Positions 35,380-44,985 are shown, numbered from the stretch's first letter. The stretch is DNA of 64,000 nt from an uncultured Actinomycetes bacterium (GCA_903847955.1 CAINFA010000153.1:2805-66804), one strand, 5' to 3'. Notes: a model not told the origin generated them from the letters alone. Translations and numbers: made by a program.

Positions 35380-36230
35380 TGGGCACGCTCCCCGGCCAGC
35401 ACTGCGTTGCGCAGCAGCATCGCTCTCGTCATGGGTCCGACCCCTCCAATCCTCGGGGTGATCCACCCCGCCACCTCGGCCACGTCCGGGTGGACGTCGC
35501 TCAAGAGCTTTCGGCCGTCCCAGCTGGTTCCAGCCCCGACGACTGCTGCTCCGGCACGGACCATATCAGGGGTGATGAGCCCTGCTTGGCCTGCCGCAGC
35601 GACGATCACGTCGGCGTCGCGCGTGTAGCGCCCGAGGTCATCGACCCCGGTGTGGATCACGGTGACCGCCGCGTTGCAGCCTGGTCGCTTCGAGGTCAGC
35701 AAGAGCGACAGCGGCCGGCCAATGGTCACCCCTCGGCCCACGATGACCACGTGGGCACCCTCGACAGGCACCTCGTGGGCAGCGAGCAACTCGACGATGC
35801 CCATGGGCGTGCACGGCAGCGGTCCGGGTGCCCCAAGGACGAGCTTGCCGAGGTTGACCGGGTGGAGCCCATCGACGTCTTTGTCGGGGCGGACCTTGAG
35901 CAACACCTGCTCTTCATCCATGCCCTTGGGCAGCGGCAGCTGAACCAAGATCGAGTGGATGGCCGGGTTCTCGTTCATGGCCTCGACCACTGCCTCGACC
36001 TCCGCCTGGCTCGAACCAGCCGGGAGGTGCTCGTGGTACGAGGTGATTCCCACCGCCTCGCAGTCTTGGTGCTTCATCTCGACGTACCGGGCGGAGGGGC
36101 CATCGTCGCCGACGAGGATGGTCCCTAGGCCGACGGTCCTGCCGATGGCCGCCAAGCGGTGCGCTCGGTCGGCCAACTCCATCTTCATCCGGGCGGCGAG
36201 GCGTTCGCCGTCGAGCAGTTCAGCTGCCAT
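35376..36230 (-). CDS. folD: Bifunctional methylene-THF dehydrogenase / methenyl-THF cyclohydrolase
   Basis: LGTILVGDDGPSARYVEMK, ILVQLPLP, DVDGLHPVNLG, PCTPMGIVELL, VVIVGRGVTIGRPL, GGVGPMT. Confidence 0.95.
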   Translation of the reverse strand: MAAELLDGERLAARMKMELADRAHRLAAIGRTVGLGTILVGDDGPSARYVEMKHQDCEAVGITSYHEHLPAGSSQAEVEAVVEAMNENPAIHSILVQLPLPKGMDEEQVLLKVRPDKDVDGLHPVNLGKLVLGAPGPLPCTPMGIVELLAAHEVPVEGAHVVIVGRGVTIGRPLSLLLTSKRPGCNAAVTVIHTGVDDLGRYTRDADVIVAAAGQAGLITPDMVRAGAAVVGAGTSWDGRKLLSDVHPDVAEVAGWITPRIGGVGPMTRAMLLRNAVLAGERAQ

Positions 36231-36245
36231 GGTGGCTCCTTGGGG

Positions 36246-37766
36246 CTAGTGGCGGAAGTGGCGCTCGCCGGTGAGCACCATGGCAATCCCCGCCGCGTCA
36301 GCGGCGGCGGTGACCTCAGCATCTCGAATGGAGCCACCGGGCTGCACCACGGCGGTGACACCAGCAGCGGTGAGCGCCTCGAGGCCATCGGGGAACGGGA
36401 AGAAGGCGTCGGAGGCTGCAGCTGCGCCCTTGGCGAACTCCCCTGCCTTGTCCACGGCGATGGCGGCGGAGACCACCCGGGACTGCTGGCCGGCTCCGAT
36501 GCCAACGGCTCGACCGTCCTTGGCGATGACGATGGCGTTGGAGGTGGTCCGTCCGCAGACCCGCCAGGCCAAGGTGAGGTCCGCCCACTCGCTCGCTGAG
36601 GGCGGACGGCTCGTCGCCACGGTCCAGCTCGAAGGTGCAGCGAGGAACGCATCAGGTCCTTGGACGAGGGCCATGGACCCGAGCGTGCGCACCTGGAGAT
36701 CGATGGGTTCAGGTGCGGGTGCCTCGAGCAGCCGGGTGGCCTTGCGTCGAGCGACGAGCGCCTCGAGAGCACCTGGGCCGTAGCTCGGCGCGATGATGAC
36801 GTCGGCCTGGGGGCCAGCGGCGATGGCCTCGGCCACCTCGAGGGTGATGGGGCCAGAGACGGCGATGATGCCGCCGAAGGCTGAGGTCGGGTCGCACGCC
36901 AGAGCTTCAGTGAAGGCTTCGAGCACGCTCGCCCTCGTGGCTACCCCACAGGGGTTGGCGTGCTTGATGATGGCGACGGCTGGCTGGCTGTGGTCTTCGA
37001 CCACCTCGTGCACCAGCCGCCACGCCGCATCGGCGTCGAAGAGGTTGAGGTAGCTCAGTGCGGTGCCGGCGTGCTGGGTGACGCCATCCCAGAAGCTGGC
37101 CGCTCCCTCGATGCCGTACCGCGCGCCGTGCTGGTGGGGGTTCTCGCCGTAGCGGGCCAGTTGGTGGCGTACGAGGGAGAGGTGGAGGCTCGGGGGGAGC
37201 GCCCGGTCCTCTTCGGGACCCTCACGGTCGAACCACGCCACGATGGCCGCGTCGTAGCTCGCGGTGTGGGCGAAGGCAGCACGAGCCAGGCGACGTCGGG
37301 TGCCATCGCTCACCGCACCAGCGTCAGCGAGCTCGGCGAGGAGGATGGGGTAGTCCGCTGGGTCCACCACGATGGCAACGTGGGCGAAGTTCTTCGCGGC
37401 TGCGCGGACCATGGTGGGTCCTCCCACGTCGATCAACTCGACGCTGGGATCGGAGCGGAACGGGTAGAGGTTGCACACCACGAGGTCAATCGGCGCGATG
37501 TCGTTGGCCTCGAGGTCTGCGAGGTGGTCCGGCTTGGAGCGATCGGCCAGGATCCCGCCGTGCACCTTGGGGTGGAGCGTCTTGACCCGACCCGACAGCA
37601 TCTCGGGCGAGCCTGTGACGGTGGCCACGTCGAGGTGCGCAATGCCCGCAGCAGCGAGTGCCGCCGAGGTGTTCCCCGAAGCGATGAGCTCGACGCCGAG
37701 TGCGCTGAGCCCCTGGGCGAACTCGACCAGGCCCGTCTTGTCGTAGACCGATAGCAGGGCACGCAT
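36246..37766 (-). CDS. purH: Bifunctional AICAR transformylase / IMP cyclohydrolase
   Basis: RALLSVYDKTGLVEFAQGL, SGGT-like region, GRVKTLHPKVHGGIL, DLVVCNLYPF, GGPTMVRAAAKN, IIKHANPCG, QPGGSIRD, ERHFRH. Confidence 0.95.
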   Translation of the reverse strand: MRALLSVYDKTGLVEFAQGLSALGVELIASGNTSAALAAAGIAHLDVATVTGSPEMLSGRVKTLHPKVHGGILADRSKPDHLADLEANDIAPIDLVVCNLYPFRSDPSVELIDVGGPTMVRAAAKNFAHVAIVVDPADYPILLAELADAGAVSDGTRRRLARAAFAHTASYDAAIVAWFDREGPEEDRALPPSLHLSLVRHQLARYGENPHQHGARYGIEGAASFWDGVTQHAGTALSYLNLFDADAAWRLVHEVVEDHSQPAVAIIKHANPCGVATRASVLEAFTEALACDPTSAFGGIIAVSGPITLEVAEAIAAGPQADVIIAPSYGPGALEALVARRKATRLLEAPAPEPIDLQVRTLGSMALVQGPDAFLAAPSSWTVATSRPPSASEWADLTLAWRVCGRTTSNAIVIAKDGRAVGIGAGQQSRVVSAAIAVDKAGEFAKGAAAASDAFFPFPDGLEALTAAGVTAVVQPGGSIRDAEVTAAADAAGIAMVLTGERHFRH

Positions 37767-38380
37767 CAGGTCGCACCGCCTCTCTCTCCTCGTGGCGCCT
37801 CTCGTCGACCGTGGTCGGCGAGGAGCGCCTTGATCGTTGCAGGGTACAGCGAACGCTCGATGGTCTTGATGGCCTCGTGCAGTTCAGCCTCACCCCACCT
37901 AGGGTCGATCACGACCTCGCCTTGGGACAGGATCGGACCGACGTCCATCACCTCGGTGGCGAGGTGGACGGTGCACCCCGTCACCACGGCCTTGGCCTCG
38001 AGGGCATCGCGCACCGCGTGCCAACCGGGGAACGCCGGCAGGAGCGACGGGTGCGTGTTCAGCATCCTCCCACCGAAGCGCTCGAAGATGGAGGGGCTGA
38101 AGATGGTGCCGAACCCGGCCATGGCCACAAGGGTTGGGTCCTCGAGCTCGAGCACCTCGGTGCAGCGGGTGGTGAAGGTGTCCCGGTCGAAGTCTGGACC
38201 GAACCCGCCGAAGTCCGCACGGTCGACGAGGTGCGCCGAGAGCCCTGCACCCTTGGCCCACTCGATCCCACGGCACGGACGATCGGCCAGCACGAGGGCG
38301 ACCGGCACACCTTCGGCCACCATGGCCTCGAGGATCGAACCTTGCCCTGAGACCAGCACCGCCACGGTCCCGCCAGGCAT
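37766..38380 (-). CDS. purN: Phosphoribosylglycinamide formyltransferase
   Basis: ATG 38380 gives MPGGTVAVLVSGQGSILEAM... MAGFGTIFSP... MLNTHPSLLPAFPG... TVHLATEVMDVGPIL. The track ORF to 38728 is over-extended. The stop overlaps the purH ATG by 1 nt. Confidence 0.9.
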   Translation of the reverse strand: MPGGTVAVLVSGQGSILEAMVAEGVPVALVLADRPCRGIEWAKGAGLSAHLVDRADFGGFGPDFDRDTFTTRCTEVLELEDPTLVAMAGFGTIFSPSIFERFGGRMLNTHPSLLPAFPGWHAVRDALEAKAVVTGCTVHLATEVMDVGPILSQGEVVIDPRWGEAELHEAIKTIERSLYPATIKALLADHGRREAPRGERGGAT

Positions 38381-38388
38381 TGGGTGGG

Positions 38389-38964
38389 TCACCGGAATGG
38401 GAACGGAGGTGCGGTGCGGTCCTTCTCCGACAGCAGGGAGGGATCCATGGGATCGATCGGCACCGGCCAGGTGATCCCGAGCTGGGGGTCCATGGGGCCG
38501 TAGGCCACACCAGCCATGCCCGGCACCCACTCTGCGTTGAAGCCGTAGAGGTACTGCGACCCTTCCTCGCTCGTGGTCTGGAACGCGTTGCAGACCCCCG
38601 ACGGCACGAGCACCTGCGTGCCCACTTCCAGCTCCACGGTGACCACCACGCCGAAGGTCGCACTCTCGGTTCGGCCGTCGACGTAGGCGCCGAAGGCTGA
38701 CCCCGAGGCGATGGCCACCAGCTTCCACATCGACTCTCCGTGCAGGCCACGGATCGCCCCGTAGCTCGACTCGGTGAGGTTGACCTGGAGGAATGGTCCG
38801 AGGTCGGGGAGTCCGTGCTCGAGGAACGAGGACTGCCGGAAGAACTCCCGCACCGTGCCACGGTCGTCGGTGACCTCCTTGAGGTCGATCACCATGAGCC
38901 CGTCGATGGCGGTGGGACGCACCGCCATCGGTCGGACACCATGTGGCCGGGAGGTCATCGCCAT
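38389..38964 (-). CDS. RmlC-like cupin (dTDP-4-dehydrorhamnose 3,5-epimerase family)
   Basis: IDGLMVIDLKEVTDDRGTVREFFR, IRGLHGE..WKLV, GAYVDGR..SATFG, GVCNAFQT. No rmlA/B/D genes are in the window. Confidence 0.7.
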   Translation of the reverse strand: MAMTSRPHGVRPMAVRPTAIDGLMVIDLKEVTDDRGTVREFFRQSSFLEHGLPDLGPFLQVNLTESSYGAIRGLHGESMWKLVAIASGSAFGAYVDGRTESATFGVVVTVELEVGTQVLVPSGVCNAFQTTSEEGSQYLYGFNAEWVPGMAGVAYGPMDPQLGITWPVPIDPMDPSLLSEKDRTAPPFPFR

Positions 38965-38968
38965 AGGT

Positions 38969-39859
38969 CTACAGACCCATCGCCTTGACGATCTCGATCA
39001 TCGCGTTCCCCGCCTCGGTGGGGTTGAGCGCAATGGTGACCCCAGCAGCAGCCAGGGCGTCCATCTTCGCCTGGGCCGTACCCTGGGAGCCCGAGATGAT
39101 GGCTCCTGCGTGTCCCATCTTGCGGCCAGGAGGAGCGGTGACGCCAGCGACGTAGGAGACGACCGGCTTGGTCACGTGGTCGGCGATGAAGGCCGCGGCG
39201 CGCTCCTCTTCAGAACCACCGATCTCGCCGATCATCATGATCGCCTTGGTCTCCGGGTCGGCCTCGAAGGCCGCCAGGCAGTCGATGAAGTTGGTGCCAG
39301 GAACCGGGTCACCGCCGATGCCCACGCAGGTGGTCTGCCCAATGCCCTGACTCGACAGCTCGTAGAGCGCCTGGTAGGTCAGGGTGCCAGAACGAGAGAC
39401 GATGCCCACCGGACCACCAGCCAAGGCGATGTCACCCGAGGTGATGCCGATGTTGCACTTGCCAGGGCTGATGATGCCAGGGCAGTTCGGGCCGAGCAGG
39501 CGGGTGCCGGGGAACTCGTGGACCAGCCGGGCGTAGGTGAGGGCCTCATCTTGCGCAGGGATGCCCTCGGTGATGCAGACGATGAACTCAATGCCGGCCT
39601 CGGCTGCCTCCAAGATCGCCGCACAAGCGCCTGGGGGCGGGACGACGACGAACGAAGCAGTGGCGCCGGTGGCAGCCACGGCCTCCTTCACGTTGGCGTA
39701 GACCGGGACGCCATCGACGTCGGTCCCGGCCTTGGTCGGGGAGGTGCCGGCGACCACCTTGGTGCCGTAGTCGCGGTTGCGCAAGCCGTGGAACCGGCCC
39801 TGGGATCCGGTCAGTCCTTGGACGATGACCTTGGTGTTCTCATCAACGAAGATGCTCAT
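38969..39859 (-). CDS. sucD: Succinyl-CoA synthetase alpha subunit
   Basis: [50 protein letters not shown] (phosphohistidine loop). Confidence 0.95.
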   Translation of the reverse strand: MSIFVDENTKVIVQGLTGSQGRFHGLRNRDYGTKVVAGTSPTKAGTDVDGVPVYANVKEAVAATGATASFVVVPPPGACAAILEAAEAGIEFIVCITEGIPAQDEALTYARLVHEFPGTRLLGPNCPGIISPGKCNIGITSGDIALAGGPVGIVSRSGTLTYQALYELSSQGIGQTTCVGIGGDPVPGTNFIDCLAAFEADPETKAIMMIGEIGGSEEERAAAFIADHVTKPVVSYVAGVTAPPGRKMGHAGAIISGSQGTAQAKMDALAAAGVTIALNPTEAGNAMIEIVKAMGL

Positions 39860-39867
39860 GGTGGCTC

Positions 39868-41010
39868 CTAGTTCCCGGCGAGCGTCACGGCCCGGCGAGC
39901 AGCGTCGAGCATCGTGGGCTCGGCGATCAGACGGTCGGACAGGTGCGGCTGGAGGATGGCGCGCCCTTCGGCGGCATTGGTGCCGTCGAGGCGGAGCACG
40001 ATCGGTGAGGAAATCTCGACCCGCTTGAGGGCCTCGAGGACGCCGTTGGCGACGTCGTCAACCTTGGTGATCCCGCCGAAGATGTTGACGAAGATGGCCT
40101 TGACCTTGGGGTCAGTGTTGATGACCTCGAGGGCAGCTGCCATCACGTCGGCATTGGCACCACCACCGATGTCCAAGAAGTTCGCCGCGGTGCCACCGAC
40201 TTGGTTGACCACGTCGAGGGTGGACATCGCCAACCCCGCGCCATTGGCGATGATGCCAACCGTGCCGTCGAGGCCGATGTAGTTCAGACCGCGCTCCTTG
40301 GCCATCTGCTCACGAGGGTCTTCGGTCTCGCCCCAGGCGAACGCTTCCCACTCGGGGTGGCGGAAGCTGGCGTTGTCATCCAAGGTGACCTTGGCGTCGA
40401 GCGCGTGCACGCGACCGTCGGTGGTCAAGATGAGCGGGTTGATCTCCGCGAGGTCGCAGTCGCCCTCGGTGTAGCAGCGGTAGAGCTTGACGAGCAGGGC
40501 AGCGGCTTGGTCGCGTGCCTCGAGGTCGAGATCGGCCCGCTCGACCCAGTCCGTCGCCGTTTGGAGGTCGAGACCGACCGTGGGGTCGATCGAAATCCGG
40601 GCGATCGCATCGGGGTTGGTGACCGCAACCTCTTCGATCTCGACACCACCCTCCTTGGAGAGCATGCCGAGGTGCACCTTGTTGGGGCGGTCGAGCGTGA
40701 AGCTGGCGTAGTACTCCTTGGCGATGTCCGAGGAGTTCTCGATCCACAGCCGGCGCACGATGTGCCCCTTGATGTCGAGGCCCAAGATGTTGCCGGCGTG
40801 GAAGCGAACCTCGTCGGCATTCTCTGCCAACTTGACCCCACCAGCCTTGCCACGGCCGCCAACTTTGACCTGGGCCTTGACGACCACTGGGTAGCCAGCG
40901 GCCTCAGCCTGGGCCACTGCCTCGTCGTCGGTGTCGGCGACGCCACCCTTGGACACCGGGATGTCGAAGCGGGCGAAGTACTGCTTCCCCTGATACTCGA
41001 ACAGGTCCAC
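39868..41010 (-). CDS. sucC: Succinyl-CoA synthetase beta subunit
   Basis: GTG 41010 is preceded by GAGGAGGAAAGC and gives VDLFEYQGKQYFARFDIPV...VVKAQVKVGGRGKAGGVKL...EINPL...NFLDIGGGA...VNIFGGI. The track ORF to 41259 is over-extended. Confidence 0.95.
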   Translation of the reverse strand: MDLFEYQGKQYFARFDIPVSKGGVADTDDEAVAQAEAAGYPVVVKAQVKVGGRGKAGGVKLAENADEVRFHAGNILGLDIKGHIVRRLWIENSSDIAKEYYASFTLDRPNKVHLGMLSKEGGVEIEEVAVTNPDAIARISIDPTVGLDLQTATDWVERADLDLEARDQAAALLVKLYRCYTEGDCDLAEINPLILTTDGRVHALDAKVTLDDNASFRHPEWEAFAWGETEDPREQMAKERGLNYIGLDGTVGIIANGAGLAMSTLDVVNQVGGTAANFLDIGGGANADVMAAALEVINTDPKVKAIFVNIFGGITKVDDVANGVLEALKRVEISSPIVLRLDGTNAAEGRAILQPHLSDRLIAEPTMLDAARRAVTLAGN

Positions 41011-41300
41011 GCTTTCCTCCTCGCCGGTGCGCCGGCTCACTTGACCTACGCGACTGCGCAGGAACCGGTCGCTCGCACGCTCGACCGAAGACTGGTTGGT
41101 TGGTCTACCGGGACGTTGATCCGCTGGACCCCGAGCCGATGCCGATGCCCCAGGTACCGAGCGGCGCAGGCCCGAAAGAGGCTGCGCTGAGGCATCTGAG
41201 ACCAAGCACGGAGTCATTGTACGCAGGTCCAGACCGGGCCTCATCCGGAGGGCTCTCACGTGGCGCTGGTAGCGTCAGACCCCGTGAGGAGCGCAGCGTC

Positions 41301-42233
41301 ATGAGGGTGGTCCGCCCTGACACCACCCCGGCGCAAGCGCCAACGCCAGCGGTGCCAGGCCTTCCCTTGCTCGCCGCCATGCGCCCCCGGCAGTGGGTGA
41401 AGAACGCCTTGTGCTTCTGCGCTCCTGCCGCAGCAGGCGAGCTCCACCACGGCCACACTGCCGTCCTGGCGACCACAGGGGCGCTGTGCTTCTGTGCGAT
41501 CTCGTCGGCCACCTACCTCGTCAACGATGCGAGCGACGTTGAGGCCGACCGCCTGCACCCGACCAAGCGGTACCGCCCCATGGCGTCGGGGGCGATGTCG
41601 ATCAGCGCTGGGCTCCTCGCTGCGGTGGTCCTGGCGGTGGCAGCTGTTGCCCTGGCAGCCATCGTGCTCCCAGCGGGGTTCTTGGTCGTGCTCGGGATCT
41701 ACGCCGCGATCAACGCCGCCTACAGCGCTGGGCTCAAGCGGGTGGCCTACCTCGAGTTGGTGGCCGTCGCCAGCGGCTTCATCCTGCGAGCCGCCGCTGG
41801 AGGCGTTGCCACCTCGGTGCCGCTGTCGAAGTGGTTCCTCGTGGTGGTCTCCGGATCGGCACTCTTCCTCGTCATCGGCAAGCGCCTGTCCGAGCTCAGT
41901 CGCCTCGGGGAGGGGGGCCGCAGCCACCGAGCCAGCCTCGAGCACTACCAAGAGCGGACCCTGACCATCCTGGCGGCGTGCTGTGGGCTGGCCGTGGTCG
42001 TGGCCTACGGGTGGTGGAGTTTCACGAGGATCCACCCCGAGGGCGTCGCCCACCCGGTGTACCCCTTACTCGAGTTCACGACCGTTCCCGTTGCGCTCGG
42101 CATGGGGCACCTCTTCGTCAAGATGCGAGCAGGCGAGGTCGGCAGTCCCGAGGAGCTGGTCTTCCACGACCGTGTGCTGCAGGTGCTGGCACTGAGCTTC
42201 CTCGGCCTCTTCGTGGTCGGGCTCTATGGCTGA
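41301..42233 (+). CDS. Decaprenyl-phosphate phosphoribosyltransferase (UbiA superfamily, Rv3806c-like)
   Basis: MRPRQWVKNALCFCAP, YLVNDASDVEADRLHPTKRYRPMASG (the UbiA NDxxD-type motif in the DPPR-synthase context). Polytopic, and directly upstream of dprE1/dprE2. Confidence 0.8.
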   Translation: MRVVRPDTTPAQAPTPAVPGLPLLAAMRPRQWVKNALCFCAPAAAGELHHGHTAVLATTGALCFCAISSATYLVNDASDVEADRLHPTKRYRPMASGAMSISAGLLAAVVLAVAAVALAAIVLPAGFLVVLGIYAAINAAYSAGLKRVAYLELVAVASGFILRAAAGGVATSVPLSKWFLVVVSGSALFLVIGKRLSELSRLGEGGRSHRASLEHYQERTLTILAACCGLAVVVAYGWWSFTRIHPEGVAHPVYPLLEFTTVPVALGMGHLFVKMRAGEVGSPEELVFHDRVLQVLALSFLGLFVVGLYG

Positions 42234-43584
42234 GCCCATCCCTCGGCGGCTCAGCGGGTGGGGTCGGACCCAGAGCGTTCGTGCTGAGGTCGTGGCACCC
42301 ACCACCGCCGCAGAAGTGGCATCGTGGCTCAGTGACCCGAAGATCCACGGTGGGGTGATCGCTCGAGGACTCGGCCGTAGCTACGGCGACCCAGCCCAGG
42401 TGGCGGGAGGTCTCGTCCTCGACCTCGTGCACCTCAACCACCTCGGCCCCATCGGCGAAGGAGGAAGCATCACCGTCGGGGGTGGTGCCAGCCTGGATGC
42501 CTTGATCTCCTCGGTGCTACCCAAGGGGTACTTCACCCCCGTCAGCCCCGGCACCCGCCAAGTGAGCATCGGCGGTGCCATCGCAGCAGACATCCACGGC
42601 AAGAACCACCATCGTGAGGGCAGCTTCTGCTCGCACGTCACCTCGATGACGCTCGCAACCCCGACCGGGATCATGACGGTCTCGCCGACGTCGAACCCCG
42701 AGCTGTTCTGGGCCACCGCTGGCGGCATGGGACTCACCGGCGTGGTCCTCGAGGCCACCATCTCCCTGCTCGAGGTCCCCTCAGGCCTCGTGACGGTGGA
42801 CACCGACCGCTTCGAAGACCTCGATGCCTTGATGGCAGAGATGGTGGGTGGCGACGACCGCTACCGCTACTCCGTGGCGTGGGTGGACTGCATGGCGCCC
42901 GGAGCACGCCTCGGACGCTCGGTGTTGACCCGAGGTGACCACGCGCCGAGCGGCCTCACCGACGGTTCAGTCGGCCCTCTGCCGAAGCCCGCCAAGTTGG
43001 CAGTGCCCTTCCAAGCTCCCTCAGGGCTCCTCAATCGGGCCTCGATCACCGCCTTCAACGAGGCCTTCTACCGACGTGCCCCAAAGCACAAGGTGGGCGA
43101 GCTCCAGCGGCTCTCCTCGTTCTTCCACCCCCTCGATGGCGTCGCCAACTGGAACCTGCTCTACGGCAACCGAGGGTTCCTCCAGTACCAGTTCGTGGTG
43201 CCCGACCACGCCGCCGAGACCGTTCGCCTGGTCATCGACCACCTGTCGGGTGCCAAGATTCCCGGGTTCTTGGCCGTACTCAAGCGCTTCGGCCCAGGTG
43301 ATCCCGGACCGCTGTCGTTCCCCATGGCCGGGTGGACCCTCGCCATCGACGTGCCCATTGGCCCCCCGTCGCTCCCTCGCTTGCTCGACCGACTCGATGA
43401 CCTCGTGGCAGAGGCCGGTGGTCGGATCTACCTCGCCAAGGACGCCAGGCTCCGGCCCGAGCTCGTCGAGGTCATGTACCCCGAGCTCGATCGCTTCAGG
43501 AAGGTCAAGGCAGAGGTCGACCCCAACGGGGTCTTGACCTCAGACCTCGCCCGCCGGCTCAACCTCGTGGAGGGAACCAGATGA
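42226..43584 (+). CDS. dprE1: Decaprenylphosphoryl-beta-D-ribose 2'-oxidase (FAD)
   Basis: RLSGWGRTQSVRAEVV, ARGLGRSYGD, ISIGGAIAADIHGKNHH, the typical length of 452 aa, and overlap with the flanking genes. Confidence 0.85.
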   Translation: MAEPIPRRLSGWGRTQSVRAEVVAPTTAAEVASWLSDPKIHGGVIARGLGRSYGDPAQVAGGLVLDLVHLNHLGPIGEGGSITVGGGASLDALISSVLPKGYFTPVSPGTRQVSIGGAIAADIHGKNHHREGSFCSHVTSMTLATPTGIMTVSPTSNPELFWATAGGMGLTGVVLEATISLLEVPSGLVTVDTDRFEDLDALMAEMVGGDDRYRYSVAWVDCMAPGARLGRSVLTRGDHAPSGLTDGSVGPLPKPAKLAVPFQAPSGLLNRASITAFNEAFYRRAPKHKVGELQRLSSFFHPLDGVANWNLLYGNRGFLQYQFVVPDHAAETVRLVIDHLSGAKIPGFLAVLKRFGPGDPGPLSFPMAGWTLAIDVPIGPPSLPRLLDRLDDLVAEAGGRIYLAKDARLRPELVEVMYPELDRFRKVKAEVDPNGVLTSDLARRLNLVEGTR

Positions 43585-44345
43585 GAGATGCCTTCGGCCA
43601 GCCCCAGCGGATTGTGGTGCTCGGAGGGACCTCCGAGCTCGCCTTGGCCGTGCTCCACGCCATGGCCTTGGACCGAGTCCAGTGCATCGTGCTCGCCGGT
43701 CGCAACGAGGACGCCTTGGCACGAGCGCAGGCTGCCCTGCTCGGCGCAGGGGCTGCAGCGGTGCAGATCGTGCACCTCGAGGCAACCGCTCCTGAGCGCG
43801 CGAGCGAGGTCATCGCCGCCTGCGTTGAGGCAGCAGGTGGTCAGGTCGACCTCGTGCTCGTCGCTGTGGGCATGCTCGGCAGCCAAGGCGACTTCGACGA
43901 CGACCCGGCCGCAACCGCCGAAGCCATCACGGTCAACTTGACCTGGCCGGCGGCAGCCTTGGCGGCCCTCCGTCCTCGACTCGTGGCCCAGGGTTACGGC
44001 AGAGTCGTGGTCTTCTCGTCGGTCGCCGGGGTACGGGTACGGCGGGCCAACGCCACCTACGGTGCCACCAAGGCCGGCCTCGATGGGTTCGCCCTCGGGT
44101 ACGCCGAGTCGGTCCGCGACGCTGGCGTGGTGGTCCAAGTGGTCCGACCCGGCTTCGTGGCAACCAAGATGACCACGGGGCTCACCCCGCCACCGATGTC
44201 GACCACCCCTGAGGTCGTGGCCAAGATCGTGGTCGAGGCCATGGCCGGCACCGACCTCGTGGTCTACGCACCTCGGGTGCTGCGACCCGTGTTCTCCATC
44301 TTCAAGCTGCTGCCACAAGCCGTGTGGCGCAAGCTTCCCGGCTGA
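43581..44345 (+). CDS. dprE2: Decaprenylphosphoryl-2-keto-ribose reductase (SDR)
   Basis: VVLGGTSELALAV (Rossmann fold), SSVAG...YGATKAG (SDR YxxxK), about 254 aa. ATGA overlap with dprE1. Confidence 0.8.
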   Translation: MRDAFGQPQRIVVLGGTSELALAVLHAMALDRVQCIVLAGRNEDALARAQAALLGAGAAAVQIVHLEATAPERASEVIAACVEAAGGQVDLVLVAVGMLGSQGDFDDDPAATAEAITVNLTWPAAALAALRPRLVAQGYGRVVVFSSVAGVRVRRANATYGATKAGLDGFALGYAESVRDAGVVVQVVRPGFVATKMTTGLTPPPMSTTPEVVAKIVVEAMAGTDLVVYAPRVLRPVFSIFKLLPQAVWRKLPG

Positions 44346-44373
44346 CGGCTCGCCGAGCAGCGAACCAGCACTC

Positions 44374-44976
44374 ATGCACGCCGCGCTGACGGGTCTGTGC
44401 ACCGGGCTCTCCCTCATCGTCGCCATTGGCGCCCAGAACGCCTACGTGCTCCGACTTGGACTCGGTGGTGAGCGAGTAGGGATCGCGGTGGGCATCTGCG
44501 CCTTGGGTGACCTCGTGCTCATCAGCGTCGGAATCGCCGGTATCGGCCGACTCGTCGGCCTCGCCCCATGGCTCCTCGAGGTCCTCAGGTGGGGCGGGGT
44601 GGCCTACCTCGTCCTGTTCGCCCTCGGATCCCTGCGGCGTGCGCTGCACCCCGGGGCCCTCGAGGTCACCAGCGCACCGGGGCAGTCCGCACGGGTGATC
44701 GCCACCACGACGGTGGCCATGACCGTGCTCAACCCCCACGTCTACCTCGACACCGTGGTGCTGCTCGGCAGCATCGCGAACCAGTTCGGCTCGCAGCGAT
44801 GGTGGTTCGGCCTCGGAGCAGCCACGGCCTCGGTCGGGTGGTTCGTGGGGCTGGGCTTCGGCGCCCGCCTGGCGGCTCCCCTCGTGCGGCGGCCCTCGAC
44901 GTGGAGGGTGATCGACGTGGTGGTGGGCCTCACCATGGTGGCGGTGGCCGTCAACGTCGCCACGTCACCGTTGTGA
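44374..44976 (+). CDS. LysE/ArgO-family amino-acid exporter
   Basis: SLIVAIGAQNAYVLRLGL, LNPHVYLDTVVLLGS. Six-TM, 200-aa layout. Confidence 0.85.
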   Translation: MHAALTGLCTGLSLIVAIGAQNAYVLRLGLGGERVGIAVGICALGDLVLISVGIAGIGRLVGLAPWLLEVLRWGGVAYLVLFALGSLRRALHPGALEVTSAPGQSARVIATTTVAMTVLNPHVYLDTVVLLGSIANQFGSQRWWFGLGAATASVGWFVGLGFGARLAAPLVRRPSTWRVIDVVVGLTMVAVAVNVATSPL

Positions 44977-44985
44977 CCAGCGTGG

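Noticed and set aside
36231-36245. Search for a ZTP (pfl) or THF riboswitch upstream of purH, folD, purN or metF
   Set aside because: The spacers in this block are only 0-15 nt (36231-36245, 38381-38388), which leaves no room for a riboswitch aptamer.
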